DNA of 64,000 nt from Candidatus Levyibacteriota bacterium (lineage in GTDB: Bacteria; Patescibacteriota; Microgenomatia; Levybacterales; UBA12049): the NCBI GenBank assembly GCA_041906785.1, contig JAYRIM010000021.1, forward strand, positions 17,881-81,880, written 5' to 3'. The notes beneath the pieces were generated by a model, which was not told where the DNA came from, did no database searches, and saw only the letters and a list, made by a program, of their open reading frames with translations. Shown piece by piece: positions 38,756-49,240 of this stretch (position 1 is its first letter; every line of letters starts with the position of its first letter). The position numbers and the translations under genes are program-made.

Positions 38756-38971
38756 TAATTCAGTTGCTCGCCTCGCTATAGCTTTGGCGAAGCGAGTCGG
38801 TTTTCTGTTGTCAGTTATTAGTTTTAACATCACAAACAGAAGCTAATGGCTATTCTAACAGTAATTATTACCTACTGCAATAAATGTGTGACCAGTGCTA
38901 TTGCAGACTTTATCCTTCAGTGATAGACTAACACATGGCTTTTTTAATCAGAAAAAAGTTATACTACTACT

Positions 38972-40021
38972 ATGAAGCTCATCAGGAATTTCATCTCATA
39001 CGCACTTAAGCATAAAATTCGAAGTGTTCTCGTTATTGCAGTTTTGGGGATTACGGGCTCATTTATGCTTCCCAAGAATACCCCACCCATAGAAACAGTA
39101 AAAGTGAAAAAGCAAAAAATAACGCAGTCCATAACTGCGACAGGGTCAGTGAAATCACTTGCAACTATTAATTTATCATTTCTTACAGGAGGAAAGGTTG
39201 TGTATGTCGGTGCGAAAAAAGGAGATGAGGTTACTGCTGGTCAAACAATAGCGGTTTTAGATCAGCGTACGATACAGGAAAATCTGCAACAAGCTCTCAT
39301 TGACTATTCTAAACAGCGGAACATATACGAAACAAATCAAGATGCAAACCAGGATCGTAAGCCTCAGGATGCACTGAATGAAGCAATGAAACGAATTCTG
39401 GAGACTAATCAATATGATCTCGATAAAGCAGTGAATTCAGTAGAATTGCAGAATCTTGCTCTGCAACAAACAGTTCTTACGACTCCTATAAATGGAATAG
39501 TTACTAGGGCAGACATCGAAGTTGCTGGTTTAAACGCAACTGCAACGACAACCTACACAGTTTCAGATCCGAATAGTCTGATTTTCGATGTTGAAGTTGA
39601 TGAAGCTGATATAGCGAAAATCTCACTTGGTCAGAGAATGAATGTTACATTTGATGCATATCCAGATCATACTATTCCTTTAGAAGTTACAAGAATTGAT
39701 TTTTCAAGCCATAGTTCAGATACAGGTGGTACTGTGTATTCTATTGAAGCATCAATGCCTGAAAATACAGATTTTCGATATAGAATAGGCATGCACGGAG
39801 ATGCTGAGATAATAATCTCAGAAAAAGGGAGGGCTCTCACTATACCTATTTCAAGTATAGTTGATGAAAAATATGTCTACGTAAAGAAAGATAAAAAATT
39901 TGAAAAACGGAGAGTTAGAGCTGGTCTAGAAAGTGACACGGAGATAGAAATAGTATCTGGCCTAAAAGAAGGAGAGGAAATTGCACTACAACCTGAAGAA
40001 GTAGAAAAGATCCAAAAGTAA
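38972..40021 (+). CDS. HlyD-family periplasmic adaptor subunit (MacA-like)
   Basis: N-terminal TM, biotinyl-lipoyl-like and coiled-coil regions, beta-barrel C-terminus; 1-nt gap to downstream ABC ATPase. Confidence 0.6.
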   Translation: MKLIRNFISYALKHKIRSVLVIAVLGITGSFMLPKNTPPIETVKVKKQKITQSITATGSVKSLATINLSFLTGGKVVYVGAKKGDEVTAGQTIAVLDQRTIQENLQQALIDYSKQRNIYETNQDANQDRKPQDALNEAMKRILETNQYDLDKAVNSVELQNLALQQTVLTTPINGIVTRADIEVAGLNATATTTYTVSDPNSLIFDVEVDEADIAKISLGQRMNVTFDAYPDHTIPLEVTRIDFSSHSSDTGGTVYSIEASMPENTDFRYRIGMHGDAEIIISEKGRALTIPISSIVDEKYVYVKKDKKFEKRRVRAGLESDTEIEIVSGLKEGEEIALQPEEVEKIQK

Positions 40022-40022
40022 C

Positions 40023-40697
40023 GTGAAACAATCTTCAATAATTACTCTGACTAATATCATAAAAGATTACGTTACTGACACAGTAACTACAAAAGTCCTC
40101 CACGGTATAACAATCGATGTTAAAAATGGAGATTTTATCGCTATTACCGGACCATCAGGATCTGGAAAATCCACACTATTAAATATTATTGGCTTACTTG
40201 ACACTGCAACTTCAGGAACATATGTCTTAAATAATAATGATGTAACACAATTAACTGAAGATGAACAGTCATACGTAAGAAATAGAGAAATCGGTTTCGT
40301 CTTTCAAGCTTTTAATTTACTAAAACGTATCTCAGTATTAGAAAATGTGATACTTCCTTCAATTTACAGCGGAATGAAGAAAAATGAGCGGGAGCAGCGA
40401 GCTGAAGAATTGTTAGAGAAAGTAGGGCTTGGGGAGCATATGTATAAAAAGCCAAACCAGCTTTCAGGAGGCCAACAGCAGCGAGTAGCTATAGCAAGAG
40501 CCTTAATGAATAAACCATCAATTATTTTAGCTGACGAACCTACGGGAAATCTTGATACTCGCTCAGGAGAAGAGATAATGGGAATTCTAAAAGACTTAAA
40601 TAAACAAGGTAACACGATTATTATGATCACTCATGAACGAGATATAGCAGAACAGGCAAAGAAGATAATACAAATAAAAGATGGAAGAGTTTTATAA
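40023..40697 (+). CDS. ABC transporter ATP-binding protein (MacB/LolD type)
   Basis: Walker [10 protein letters not shown], signature [15 protein letters not shown], Walker [12 protein letters not shown]. Confidence 0.9.
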   Translation: MKQSSIITLTNIIKDYVTDTVTTKVLHGITIDVKNGDFIAITGPSGSGKSTLLNIIGLLDTATSGTYVLNNNDVTQLTEDEQSYVRNREIGFVFQAFNLLKRISVLENVILPSIYSGMKKNEREQRAEELLEKVGLGEHMYKKPNQLSGGQQQRVAIARALMNKPSIILADEPTGNLDTRSGEEIMGILKDLNKQGNTIIMITHERDIAEQAKKIIQIKDGRVL

Positions 40698-40698
40698 A

Positions 40699-40786
40699 GG
40701 TTCCAGAGGAGACCAATGAACCAAAAGAGACAAATGTGTTTTTACATTTGGTACCTTTGTCTCGTCTGGCTCTTCTGTCTCTTTAA
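40699..40786. repeat. composite palindromic intergenic repeat, copy 4, inserted between ABC ATPase and permease genes
   Basis: GGTTCCAGAGGAGACCAATGAACCAAAAGAGACAAATGTG...ACATTTGGTACCTTTGTCTCGTCTGGCTCTTCTGTCTC. Confidence 0.7.
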
Positions 40787-40791
40787 ACATT

Positions 40792-41982
40792 ATGGATATT
40801 CGGGAATTATTTAAACTTTCTATTGCTTCCTTAAAAGCAAATAAATTACGAAGTGCGTTAACCACGCTTGGGATTATTATCGGTGTTTTCTCTGTGATCC
40901 TGCTTGTCTCATTAGGCACAGGATTACAATCATATATAACAAACCAAATTTCAGGTCTCGGTTCGAATCTTATTTTCGTGATACCTGGACGAATTGGGGG
41001 TGCGCGTACTCCTGGAGGACAGCAAACGAATAAGCTAGTTTTTTCAGACGCGAAAAATCTGTCAAATAAACTTCGGGCTATAGCAGAAGTTGGTCCCGTT
41101 ATCCAAAAATCTACTTCTGTAAAATACATTAATAAAACGAATAAAAACACAAGCATACTCGGTACTTCCGCAAACTATCCGGAAATCGTAAAGACTGAAT
41201 TAGCAGAAGGAAGATTTTTTACTCCAGGACAGGAACGATCTGGCGCTCGAGTAGGATTAATTGGCCAGACGGTGAAGAAAAATCTTTTTTCGAATGCTGA
41301 TCCAATCGGTAAAAAAATTTCAGTTTCAGGTAATAAGTATACTGTTATCGGAATTACGAAAGAACGGGGATCTGTGTTTGGTATTGATCAGGATAATATT
41401 GTTATTGTGCCTATTACCACAGCGCAAAGACAGTTTGGAGTAAATAATCTTAATACAATTTATTTATCAGCGAAAAAACCAGAATATGTTACTCTCGTGA
41501 AAGATCAAGCAACATCTGTGCTGTTAAAGCGTCTTACAGAAGATGATTTTACTTTACAGACTCAGGAGCAAACCCTTTCAACTATTAACAGTATTACTGG
41601 TGTACTCACCGCTGCTCTTGGCGGAATAGCAGCTATCTCGCTTCTCGTCGGTGGTATAGGAGTGATGAATATCATGCTGGTTTCTGTTACAGAACGTACG
41701 AAAGAAATAGGTTTACGAAAAGCTTTAGGAGCTAGAAGAAAAGATATCTTATTACAATTTTTGTTGGAGGCTGTCATGCTTTCACTTCTCGGTGGAGTGG
41801 TGGGTATACTGTTAGGGCTCGGTTTCTCAGCTTTGCTTGCGCGCTTTTTTGTATCTGAAGTAACTCCTTGGTCTGTCATTCTCGCTTTTGTTTTCTCAGT
41901 AGGAGTCGGAATTATTTTTGGTATAGCGCCTGCAATACGAGCTTCTAGACTTTCTCCAATTGAAGCGTTAAGATATGAATAA
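40792..41982 (+). CDS. ABC transporter permease, FtsX/MacB-like
   Basis: N-terminal TM, large periplasmic domain, C-terminal FtsX 3-TM bundle. Confidence 0.8.
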   Translation: MDIRELFKLSIASLKANKLRSALTTLGIIIGVFSVILLVSLGTGLQSYITNQISGLGSNLIFVIPGRIGGARTPGGQQTNKLVFSDAKNLSNKLRAIAEVGPVIQKSTSVKYINKTNKNTSILGTSANYPEIVKTELAEGRFFTPGQERSGARVGLIGQTVKKNLFSNADPIGKKISVSGNKYTVIGITKERGSVFGIDQDNIVIVPITTAQRQFGVNNLNTIYLSAKKPEYVTLVKDQATSVLLKRLTEDDFTLQTQEQTLSTINSITGVLTAALGGIAAISLLVGGIGVMNIMLVSVTERTKEIGLRKALGARRKDILLQFLLEAVMLSLLGGVVGILLGLGFSALLARFFVSEVTPWSVILAFVFSVGVGIIFGIAPAIRASRLSPIEALRYE

Positions 41983-42038
41983 AAGAAATTCTAAACTCAA
42001 ATGTCAAAATTACGTATTTTTATTAGTTTCTTAACTTC

Positions 42039-43232
42039 ATGAAAATAGTAATTGTTTTAATAGTTATTGCGCTATTATTTAGTGGATTAGTACTTGTTAG
42101 AAATAATGTTGGTGATTTAAGACCTTCCTTCATACCCTCGATTAAGACAAAAAAAATTTCTCCTTTACCAGTGAAATTTGGTAAACCTTTAGATGTAGAG
42201 ATGAAAGTACCAGAAGGATTTCAGATAGGCTACTTTGCAGAGAACATCGGCCCTGTCAGAGATCTTGTATTTTCTCCTGGAGGAGTATTACTTGCAATTA
42301 TCCCAAGCGAGGGAAAAGTTGTTATGTTGCCAGACAGAACACATGATGGTATTGCTGATGAAATAACACCTATACTTGGTGGTTTAGATAGACCGCATGG
42401 TATCGCATTTTATAATAATTATTTATACGTTGCAGAAGAAACGAAAGTTTCTCGATATATCTGGAGTGAACAGAAGCTAGTCGGTGGAGTAGCACGGCTT
42501 GATAAAAAACTTTTTGACTTGCCTAAAGGAGGAAGACATTTTACGCGAAGCATTGTTTTCGATAATAAAGGAACAATGTATGTTTCTTTAGGTTCAACAT
42601 GTGATGTTTGTAAGGAGCAAAATGATTTTATAGCCGCTGTTATTGTTTCTGATAATGAAGGAAAGACACCAAAACTATATGCCACAGGCTTACGAAATGC
42701 TGTTTTTCTAACAATGAATCCTGATACAGAGGAACTTTGGGGGACAGAAATGGGACGGGATTTTCTCGGAGATAATTTACCACCTGATGAAATTAATATT
42801 ATTCAGGAAGGAAAAGACTATGGTTGGCCTTTCTGTTATGGAAATAAAATACATGACACTAATTTCGATAAGAATGTTTATAAACAAGATCCTTGTATTA
42901 ATACAATTGCACCTGTATATGAAATTTCAGCCCATTCAGCACCGCTTGGTTTAACATTCATTGATTCTGACCAGTTTCCAAAAGATTGGCAAGGTGATCT
43001 TCTCGTAGCATATCACGGTTCGTGGAACCGTTCCTCTCCAGTAGGGTATAAAATTGTCAGATTAGATGTAGATGGAAATTCAGTGAAAAGTGAAGAAGAT
43101 TTTCTGACTGGTTTTATAGATGGCGGCACAGCTTTTGCAAGACCGGTTGATTTGGAGTTTGATAAAAATGGTTATTTATATGTTTCAGATGATAAAGGAG
43201 GCAATATTTTCGTTATTGGAAAGAAGCAGTAA
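42039..43232 (+). CDS. PQQ-dependent soluble sugar (glucose/sorbosone) dehydrogenase-like beta-propeller
   Basis: HGIAFYNNYLYVAEET, GGRHF, DEINIIQEGKDYGWPFCYG motifs typical of SGDH/YliI family. Confidence 0.6.
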   Translation: MKIVIVLIVIALLFSGLVLVRNNVGDLRPSFIPSIKTKKISPLPVKFGKPLDVEMKVPEGFQIGYFAENIGPVRDLVFSPGGVLLAIIPSEGKVVMLPDRTHDGIADEITPILGGLDRPHGIAFYNNYLYVAEETKVSRYIWSEQKLVGGVARLDKKLFDLPKGGRHFTRSIVFDNKGTMYVSLGSTCDVCKEQNDFIAAVIVSDNEGKTPKLYATGLRNAVFLTMNPDTEELWGTEMGRDFLGDNLPPDEINIIQEGKDYGWPFCYGNKIHDTNFDKNVYKQDPCINTIAPVYEISAHSAPLGLTFIDSDQFPKDWQGDLLVAYHGSWNRSSPVGYKIVRLDVDGNSVKSEEDFLTGFIDGGTAFARPVDLEFDKNGYLYVSDDKGGNIFVIGKKQ

Positions 43233-43253
43233 TCATTTGCATCAAATCGTGAT

Positions 43254-43931
43254 GTGATATACAATAATTTAAAGACCGAAATGGTCTTTTTTTATCGTAT
43301 GAAAGCAAAAATCCAAAATCTTTTTTCAAAAACGAAAAGTTCTTATAAAACACTTCCTGAGAAGAAACAATATGTTGAATTCTTTACAGCAGTTCTTTCA
43401 GTACCAGTGCTATTAACAGTAATTTTATTAAATATTAATAACCTTCAAGCAGTTAAACGTGTTACATCTGCTGAACAAAAGGCTAACCCTACACCTATTA
43501 AAGAAATTATTTATGTGTCTCCTAATGATTCTAAAAAAATAGTACAAAGCTCAAATACTTCACTCGATGATGCAGACAATACTCAGCCCACTCCAACAAT
43601 AGCAGCGTGTAAAAAAGAAGTGGGTCCTGTATCGATCCAAGCGCCACAGGAAAACGAAAAAATTTCTGAAAATCCTGTAAATTTAATTATTCGCTATGAA
43701 GCAGGTGATTATTGTGCTGTAGTATGGTCATACAGGATTAATAACGGTAAATGGTCTGAATATGATGATAAATCAATAGCATTATATGATCTTCCTGAAG
43801 GCATAATTCATATAGCAGTCAAGGTAAAAAGTATTGTGACAGGCGATGAAAAGCTATTAGAAAGAAATTTTAACTATGCACCGGCAGCAAATGTGAATGA
43901 AGATAAAACCAGCTCGACATCTGCGAGATAA
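43254..43931 (+). CDS. hypothetical secreted/membrane-anchored protein
   Basis: Signal-anchor, no family recognised. Confidence 0.35.
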   Translation: MIYNNLKTEMVFFYRMKAKIQNLFSKTKSSYKTLPEKKQYVEFFTAVLSVPVLLTVILLNINNLQAVKRVTSAEQKANPTPIKEIIYVSPNDSKKIVQSSNTSLDDADNTQPTPTIAACKKEVGPVSIQAPQENEKISENPVNLIIRYEAGDYCAVVWSYRINNGKWSEYDDKSIALYDLPEGIIHIAVKVKSIVTGDEKLLERNFNYAPAANVNEDKTSSTSAR

Positions 43932-43941
43932 ACAAGGTTGA

Positions 43942-46386
43942 TTGTATATTCTTCAGCGAATACAGTACAATACAATTGTGAAATCTAGATTAAAACAGCT
44001 TCTAACATTCTTCATTGGCTGGCCTCTCTCGATTATTGCGCTTTACTTTATCCTGAAAACCTTTTTACCTAAGTACGACCAAATAGAGCATTCATTACAA
44101 AATACAAATTATTTCTTGCTAGGTATAGGTATAGTATGTTTTTTCATGTATTACTTGGTGAGAAGTGTCGTTTGGTTGAGGCTATTAAAAAATATGGGAT
44201 ATGAATTCCCCTACCATAAAATTGTTTTTTTATGGGCTTCTTCCGAATTTAAACGATATATTCCAGGAAATATATGGTCATTCGTAGGTAGAACAGTCTT
44301 ATTTACAGAGAAGGGGATGACGAAAAAAGATATAGGAAAAGCACTTGTTTTCGAACAGGAAATTGTCCTTTTAGGGTGTATCTTCGCTTCAGTGATAAGT
44401 TTTCCTTTTATAATTAACGAGATGTTTCCGTATCTTAAGCAGATTCCTTTTATTAATGTATTACCTTTTCTGATCATCATTTTAGGAGCAGCTGCATATA
44501 TCTATATGCCTTTTTTTACTCAGAATCTTCCGACTAAAATTCAACAGATCATCCATCACATTCTGCCAAAATTTGTTCCCATAGAAACGTTTATCATGTT
44601 ATCTCTCAGCAGTCTTGCTTTCCTCTTTTTTGGCTTAGGATATTACTTTTCGATAACAGCAATTTTTCCATTAAACCCTCAGCTTGTGTTCGTTTTAGCA
44701 GGTTTTTTTATATTTTCTTTACTCGTTGGATTATTATCTTTTTTAACTCCAACAGGTCTTGGTGTTCGAGAAGGAGTAATGACCGTTGGATTATCAAAAG
44801 TTATCCCTATAGCTAAAGCTGGGTTTGCTTCAGTAGCTGGAAGAATTGTTCTCGTTTCTTCTGAAGTTGTTTTTCTCTTATTCAGCTATGCGATTCATAA
44901 AATTCCAGAAAAAACGGCTGTTGTGTATGAACAATTTATAAAACACCATATATATCAAATACTATTAATGATTGGTGTTCTGCTTTTTACGATATATTTC
45001 ACAATTATTAGTTTTCTCCGATACGAAAATTTTAATACTGGACGCTTTGATTTAGGTAATATGGATCAGACTGTTTGGAACACACGTCATGGAAGAATTT
45101 TTCAACTCACAAATCCTGATGGTATTGAGATCGTTTCCCGTTTAGCATTCCATGCGGATTTCATCTTAATTCTTTTCGCTCCTCTGTATTTTATTTGGGA
45201 AGATCCTAGAATACTTCTTTTTTCCCAGGCAATAATAGTCGGTAGTGGTGCAATCTTCGTGTTTCTCTTAGCGAATACTGTTTTAAAAAATAAATTATTG
45301 AGCTTAGTGTTCGCTTTTTCCTACCTGCTCAACCCGAGTGTCCAAAGAACAGTTCTTTACGATTTCCATGCTGTTACACTAGCTACAACATTTCTTTTAG
45401 GCAGTTTTTATTTTTTATATAAGAGACGACTTATTTGGTTTATTATTTTTTCACTTCTTGCTGCTATAACGAAAGAACAAATTTGGATAATAGTCGGTTT
45501 CCTCGGTTTCTATCTTTTTAACATAGAATTTTTAAAACAGAAACCTATTACGAATATGTTAAGAAATAAAAGCGCGTTGCTTGGTTTGTTTGTCGCATTT
45601 CTATCATTTCTCGCGTTTTACATTCTCTTCTGGTATGCGATTCCTGCAGCGTCAAATTCCAAACACTTCGCTTTATCGTATTTTAAAGAAGATAATAACA
45701 ATATGAGTGATTTAGTAGTAAACACTATTCTATCGCCAAATAATTTATTTAAGAAACTTAGTGATCATGATAGGCAAGATTATATTAAACAGCTTCTACT
45801 TCCTGTAGGTTTTCTACCTATTGCAGCGCCTATATATGTATTATTTCCTATCGCCGATTTAATATTAAATGTATTAAGCGATAAACCTGAATTACATCAG
45901 ATTTATTATCAATATACAGCTGCTATTACACCTTTTTTATTTATTTCATCTATATTTGCTATTCATTTCATCAATAAATATGTTTCTAAAATCACTTTAC
46001 GCGTGTTTACTCTTTACGTTGCAATTTTTTCACTCTACGGAGCGTTTCTCTATGGTCCTTTACCAAGCGCGAAATCTCCAAATCTTGCAATGATAACTCA
46101 GCCTTTAGAAGACAGGGAATATATTTCAGAAAATCTATTACAGATTCATCCAGCTTTGAAAGTTGCAGCGACTAATTCATTAGGATCTCACCTCGCACAT
46201 CGCGAACATTTGTATACACTGCCGAAAGGTATTAACGAAGCTGATGTCCTTATTTTTCAGTTAACAGATAATCAAAATCAACCTTCAAAATTATGGCATG
46301 AGGAAAAAGTGCGAGAATTACGAAGTAGCGATGATTATGAGATACTTTTTGAGAAAGATCATATTGTCGCTTTTCAAAGAAAATAA
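43942..46386 (+). CDS. large polytopic membrane protein: N-terminal flippase-like (UPF0104/LPG-synthase TM) region fused to DUF2079-like GT-C-type domain
   Basis: About 20 TM helices; GRFDLGNMDQTVWN motif of DUF2079 family. Confidence 0.45.
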   Translation: MYILQRIQYNTIVKSRLKQLLTFFIGWPLSIIALYFILKTFLPKYDQIEHSLQNTNYFLLGIGIVCFFMYYLVRSVVWLRLLKNMGYEFPYHKIVFLWASSEFKRYIPGNIWSFVGRTVLFTEKGMTKKDIGKALVFEQEIVLLGCIFASVISFPFIINEMFPYLKQIPFINVLPFLIIILGAAAYIYMPFFTQNLPTKIQQIIHHILPKFVPIETFIMLSLSSLAFLFFGLGYYFSITAIFPLNPQLVFVLAGFFIFSLLVGLLSFLTPTGLGVREGVMTVGLSKVIPIAKAGFASVAGRIVLVSSEVVFLLFSYAIHKIPEKTAVVYEQFIKHHIYQILLMIGVLLFTIYFTIISFLRYENFNTGRFDLGNMDQTVWNTRHGRIFQLTNPDGIEIVSRLAFHADFILILFAPLYFIWEDPRILLFSQAIIVGSGAIFVFLLANTVLKNKLLSLVFAFSYLLNPSVQRTVLYDFHAVTLATTFLLGSFYFLYKRRLIWFIIFSLLAAITKEQIWIIVGFLGFYLFNIEFLKQKPITNMLRNKSALLGLFVAFLSFLAFYILFWYAIPAASNSKHFALSYFKEDNNNMSDLVVNTILSPNNLFKKLSDHDRQDYIKQLLLPVGFLPIAAPIYVLFPIADLILNVLSDKPELHQIYYQYTAAITPFLFISSIFAIHFINKYVSKITLRVFTLYVAIFSLYGAFLYGPLPSAKSPNLAMITQPLEDREYISENLLQIHPALKVAATNSLGSHLAHREHLYTLPKGINEADVLIFQLTDNQNQPSKLWHEEKVRELRSSDDYEILFEKDHIVAFQRK

Positions 46387-46407
46387 CTTTTTTGCTATCA
46401 TAATCAT

Positions 46408-47229
46408 ATGATTTCAGTTTTAAAAGCTGTAAACCAAAAAGAACCATATAATGAAGAAAAAATCCGTACCTCACTAAGCCGAGCAGGTGTACCTTCAGAT
46501 CTGCAGTCAGAAGTCGTTTCTCATATTAATAAAAGAGTGTATGAAGATATACCAACGCAACATATTTATAATGAGGTTCGTGACTATTTAGGAAAATCTG
46601 CATATCCTTATACGAAATCACTTTATGGATTAAAACAGGCTATTATGGATTTAGGGCCGACGGGATATCCTTTTGAAGATTTCGTTTCTCAAATTCTTAT
46701 AACACTCGGATATACAACTGAAGTTAGACAGATATTACGTGGAAAATGTATTCAGCATGAAATAGATGTTATTGCGAAAAAAGAAAATGCTGTAGCTATG
46801 ATCGAAGCGAAATTCCATAATGCACTAGGCACAAGGTCCGATGTTCATGTGCCAATGTACACAAAAGCACGCTTTGATGATGTGAAAGAACAATATAGAT
46901 TAACAGAAGCATGGGTCATAACAAATACAAAAACTACTTCAGAAGCAATAGCTTATGCGGAATGTGTAGGGATGAAGATAGTAAGCTGGAGCTATCCTAC
47001 TGGTAAAAGTCTCCGTGAACTTATAGAATCTGCCGGCTTACATCCGATTACACTTCTTACAACATTATCAAATAACGATAAAGTACAATTACTTCAAAAT
47101 CATGTCGTCCGATGTAAAACAATCCATGAAAATCCTGCATTGTTAGATGCACTACCACTTTCTGACGCTCAGAAGTTACAAGTCATGAGCGAGATCGATT
47201 TTGTTTGTAAAGGAGAACACCAAAATTAG
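46408..47229 (+). CDS. ATP-cone domain fused to restriction-endonuclease-like (Mrr-type) domain protein
   Basis: N-terminal ATP-cone-like region (VLKAVNQKEPYNEEKIRTSL...); central HEIDVIAKKENAVAMIEAKFH resembles PD-(D/E)xK Mrr catalytic core. Confidence 0.4.
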   Translation: MISVLKAVNQKEPYNEEKIRTSLSRAGVPSDLQSEVVSHINKRVYEDIPTQHIYNEVRDYLGKSAYPYTKSLYGLKQAIMDLGPTGYPFEDFVSQILITLGYTTEVRQILRGKCIQHEIDVIAKKENAVAMIEAKFHNALGTRSDVHVPMYTKARFDDVKEQYRLTEAWVITNTKTTSEAIAYAECVGMKIVSWSYPTGKSLRELIESAGLHPITLLTTLSNNDKVQLLQNHVVRCKTIHENPALLDALPLSDAQKLQVMSEIDFVCKGEHQN

Positions 47230-47230
47230 A

Positions 47231-47316
47231 AGGGGTTAATGGGACAGAAGAGCCATAGGTACCAAAAAAAAACAACTTTTGTCTCTTCTGGCTCTTTGGT
47301 CCCTTTTGAAACCTTT
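47231..47316. repeat. composite palindromic intergenic repeat, copy 5
   Basis: GGGACAGAAGAGCCATAGGTACCAAAAAAAAACAACTTTTGTCTCTTCTGGCTCTTTGGTCCC. Confidence 0.7.
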
Positions 47317-47320
47317 CAAT

Positions 47321-47776
47321 ATGGAGTTCTGGCAGCAACTTATCATAATCATTTATGGATCATTAGCATTTATAGCTTTTATAACAAGCATATACGCCTG
47401 TGCTTTTAAAAAGAAAGCGTATCAAGATACACCTCTCTGGGGTTTACTTTTTACAGGATTTGTCCAAGCTGATAATGTATATATTGGTTTCTTTTGGGTA
47501 TGTGTTTCGCTCGTAACACTTGTTCTTAATGATTGGCTACTATTCCTGCTTATCCTTTCTTATTTCTGGCTGGTACGCAGTGTAGGGGAGACGTTATATT
47601 GGTTTTTACAGCAATTTCACCCCAGAGGAGGCAATCCTCCGGAAAAATTCTGGATACATAAAGTCGTTAAAAATGATTCTGTGTGGTTTATGAACCAAAT
47701 TTACTGGCAACTCATGACAGTTATTACAATTATTGCTTCTCTATATATTACACATATTTGGTTAAAAACTATTTAA
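47321..47776 (+). CDS. small 4-TM membrane protein, hypothetical (start trimmed out of repeat)
   Basis: Track ORF start 47279 lies inside repeat copy 5; first Met after repeat at 47321 (MEFWQQL...). Confidence 0.35.
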   Translation: MEFWQQLIIIIYGSLAFIAFITSIYACAFKKKAYQDTPLWGLLFTGFVQADNVYIGFFWVCVSLVTLVLNDWLLFLLILSYFWLVRSVGETLYWFLQQFHPRGGNPPEKFWIHKVVKNDSVWFMNQIYWQLMTVITIIASLYITHIWLKTI

Positions 47777-47780
47777 TCTT

Positions 47781-47807
47781 ATGTGTCTAGCTGGTACAAA
47801 CCTGACA
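47781..47807 (+). repeat. REP-like element, truncated copy
   Basis: ATGTGTCTAGCTGGTACAAACCTGACA matches 5' half of 8653 and 18136 elements. Confidence 0.55.
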
Positions 47808-47819
47808 ATTTGAAAACTT

Positions 47820-49148
47820 TTATCCCTCTTGTGCTAGCTTCACTCGTTCGTATCTATCAGCCATAAATCCATTCGGAACAGTTGTTAATTTATCTGCATA
47901 CATTAAAAATCCATTTCGTATCGTATGATCCCCGTATTTTTCATTTAAAACATCTATAACGCGTACGACATTCTCATATTTCATATTGTCGTAAAACATG
48001 TGTTGGCTCGTTTGTTCTTTATTAGCTAGATAGCTCACCCAGACACTAATTTGCCTGACATATCCTAAATCTGAAAAAAAATGTTGCCAAACAAATTCCA
48101 CAGATGCTGTATCTTCCTTTCCATAAGGCCACCCATCTTGATTTGCCATAGTAAGAGAGACATAAGTCGTTTGTTGGACTAAAAACAATAACATAGTAAA
48201 TAAATCTTTTCCGTTATCCATATAATGAGAGAATGTTCGTTGTCTTGCAATACTGTTTCGACCACGAAGTGCGAAGCCTACATGGCGCGCTCGCTTTCCC
48301 AGCCGCCGCAATTTAATTCCGAGTTCTTCACAAAGTTCATAGACGTTTTGTAAAACAATTCGTGAATTATATTCATTTTTTGGTAAACAATAATTTCTAC
48401 TTATAGATTTGGCTTCCTGGGTAATCGTAAAGGAGATAACATCACGCATATCTATCCCTTTTCCTACATGAAAAAGAAATGTTCCTTCTACCTGACCAAA
48501 CTCTGCCAATAATGAAGTAAGTGGTGTTTGAGAAAGCTGCGTCAGTGTATAAATCCCCATTTGGTTAAGGCGCTTTTCTATACGCGGACCGATACCGCAT
48601 ATATCTTGGAGTTTAGCCATACTGTAGATATATGGAACTTGTGAAGGTTTTATAGATACAACACCATCAGGTTTTTTTAAGCCAGAACCAAGTTTAGCTA
48701 ACAATTTATTATAGGAAATACCCACTGAAACAGTAATATGTTCACCAATTTCTTTCCGAATGCGATCTTTTAAATGCTTAACGAGGGGAAAAACACCACC
48801 AAATAAATGAGCAGTCATTGTAACATCAAGAAAAAGTTCATCGATAGAGAATACTTCGATAAAAGGTGAGTAATCTTTACATATTGCTATAAACTTTTTA
48901 CTAATTTCCCAATATTTTGGAAAATCTGCAGAGACGAACTGCATTGTAGGACATAACTTAAGCGCATCGAAGCGGCTCATCCCTCCTGTGACACCCAATT
49001 TCTTCGCCTCTTTTGATGCTGCGATAACCGCATTCCTGCCGTTTTGAGCAGTAACACCAAGAGGTTTACCCTGCATCTCTGGGCGATACTGCTGTTCTAC
49101 GCTCGCAAAAAATGAGTCAAAATCAATATGTAAAATTATCTTATTCAT
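47820..49148 (-). CDS. dinB: Y-family DNA polymerase IV
   Basis: ILHIDFDSFFASVEQ catalytic motif, palm/fingers/little-finger layout, 442 aa. Confidence 0.8.
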   Translation of the reverse strand: MNKIILHIDFDSFFASVEQQYRPEMQGKPLGVTAQNGRNAVIAASKEAKKLGVTGGMSRFDALKLCPTMQFVSADFPKYWEISKKFIAICKDYSPFIEVFSIDELFLDVTMTAHLFGGVFPLVKHLKDRIRKEIGEHITVSVGISYNKLLAKLGSGLKKPDGVVSIKPSQVPYIYSMAKLQDICGIGPRIEKRLNQMGIYTLTQLSQTPLTSLLAEFGQVEGTFLFHVGKGIDMRDVISFTITQEAKSISRNYCLPKNEYNSRIVLQNVYELCEELGIKLRRLGKRARHVGFALRGRNSIARQRTFSHYMDNGKDLFTMLLFLVQQTTYVSLTMANQDGWPYGKEDTASVEFVWQHFFSDLGYVRQISVWVSYLANKEQTSQHMFYDNMKYENVVRVIDVLNEKYGDHTIRNGFLMYADKLTTVPNGFMADRYERVKLAQEG

Positions 49149-49150
49149 GA

Positions 49151-49240
49151 AGGGCCATATGAGACAAATGAGCCATAGGGGACAAATGTATTTTCCTTTG
49201 GTACCTTTGTCTCTTAGGTCTCTTTTGGCTCCTTATGCTA
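49151..49240. repeat. composite palindromic intergenic repeat, copy 6
   Basis: GAGACAAATGAGCCATAGGGGACAAATGTATTTTCCTTTGGTACCTTTGTCTCTTAGGTCTCTTTTGGCTCC; track ORF 49147..49344 is just its translation. Confidence 0.7.

Noticed and set aside
14884-49240. CRISPR array interpretation of the recurring 85-nt repeats or the heptamer runs
   Set aside because: Copies are tens of kb apart, not separated by regular short spacers. Heptamer runs are contiguous micro-satellite-like, not repeat-spacer units. No cas genes are present in the window.
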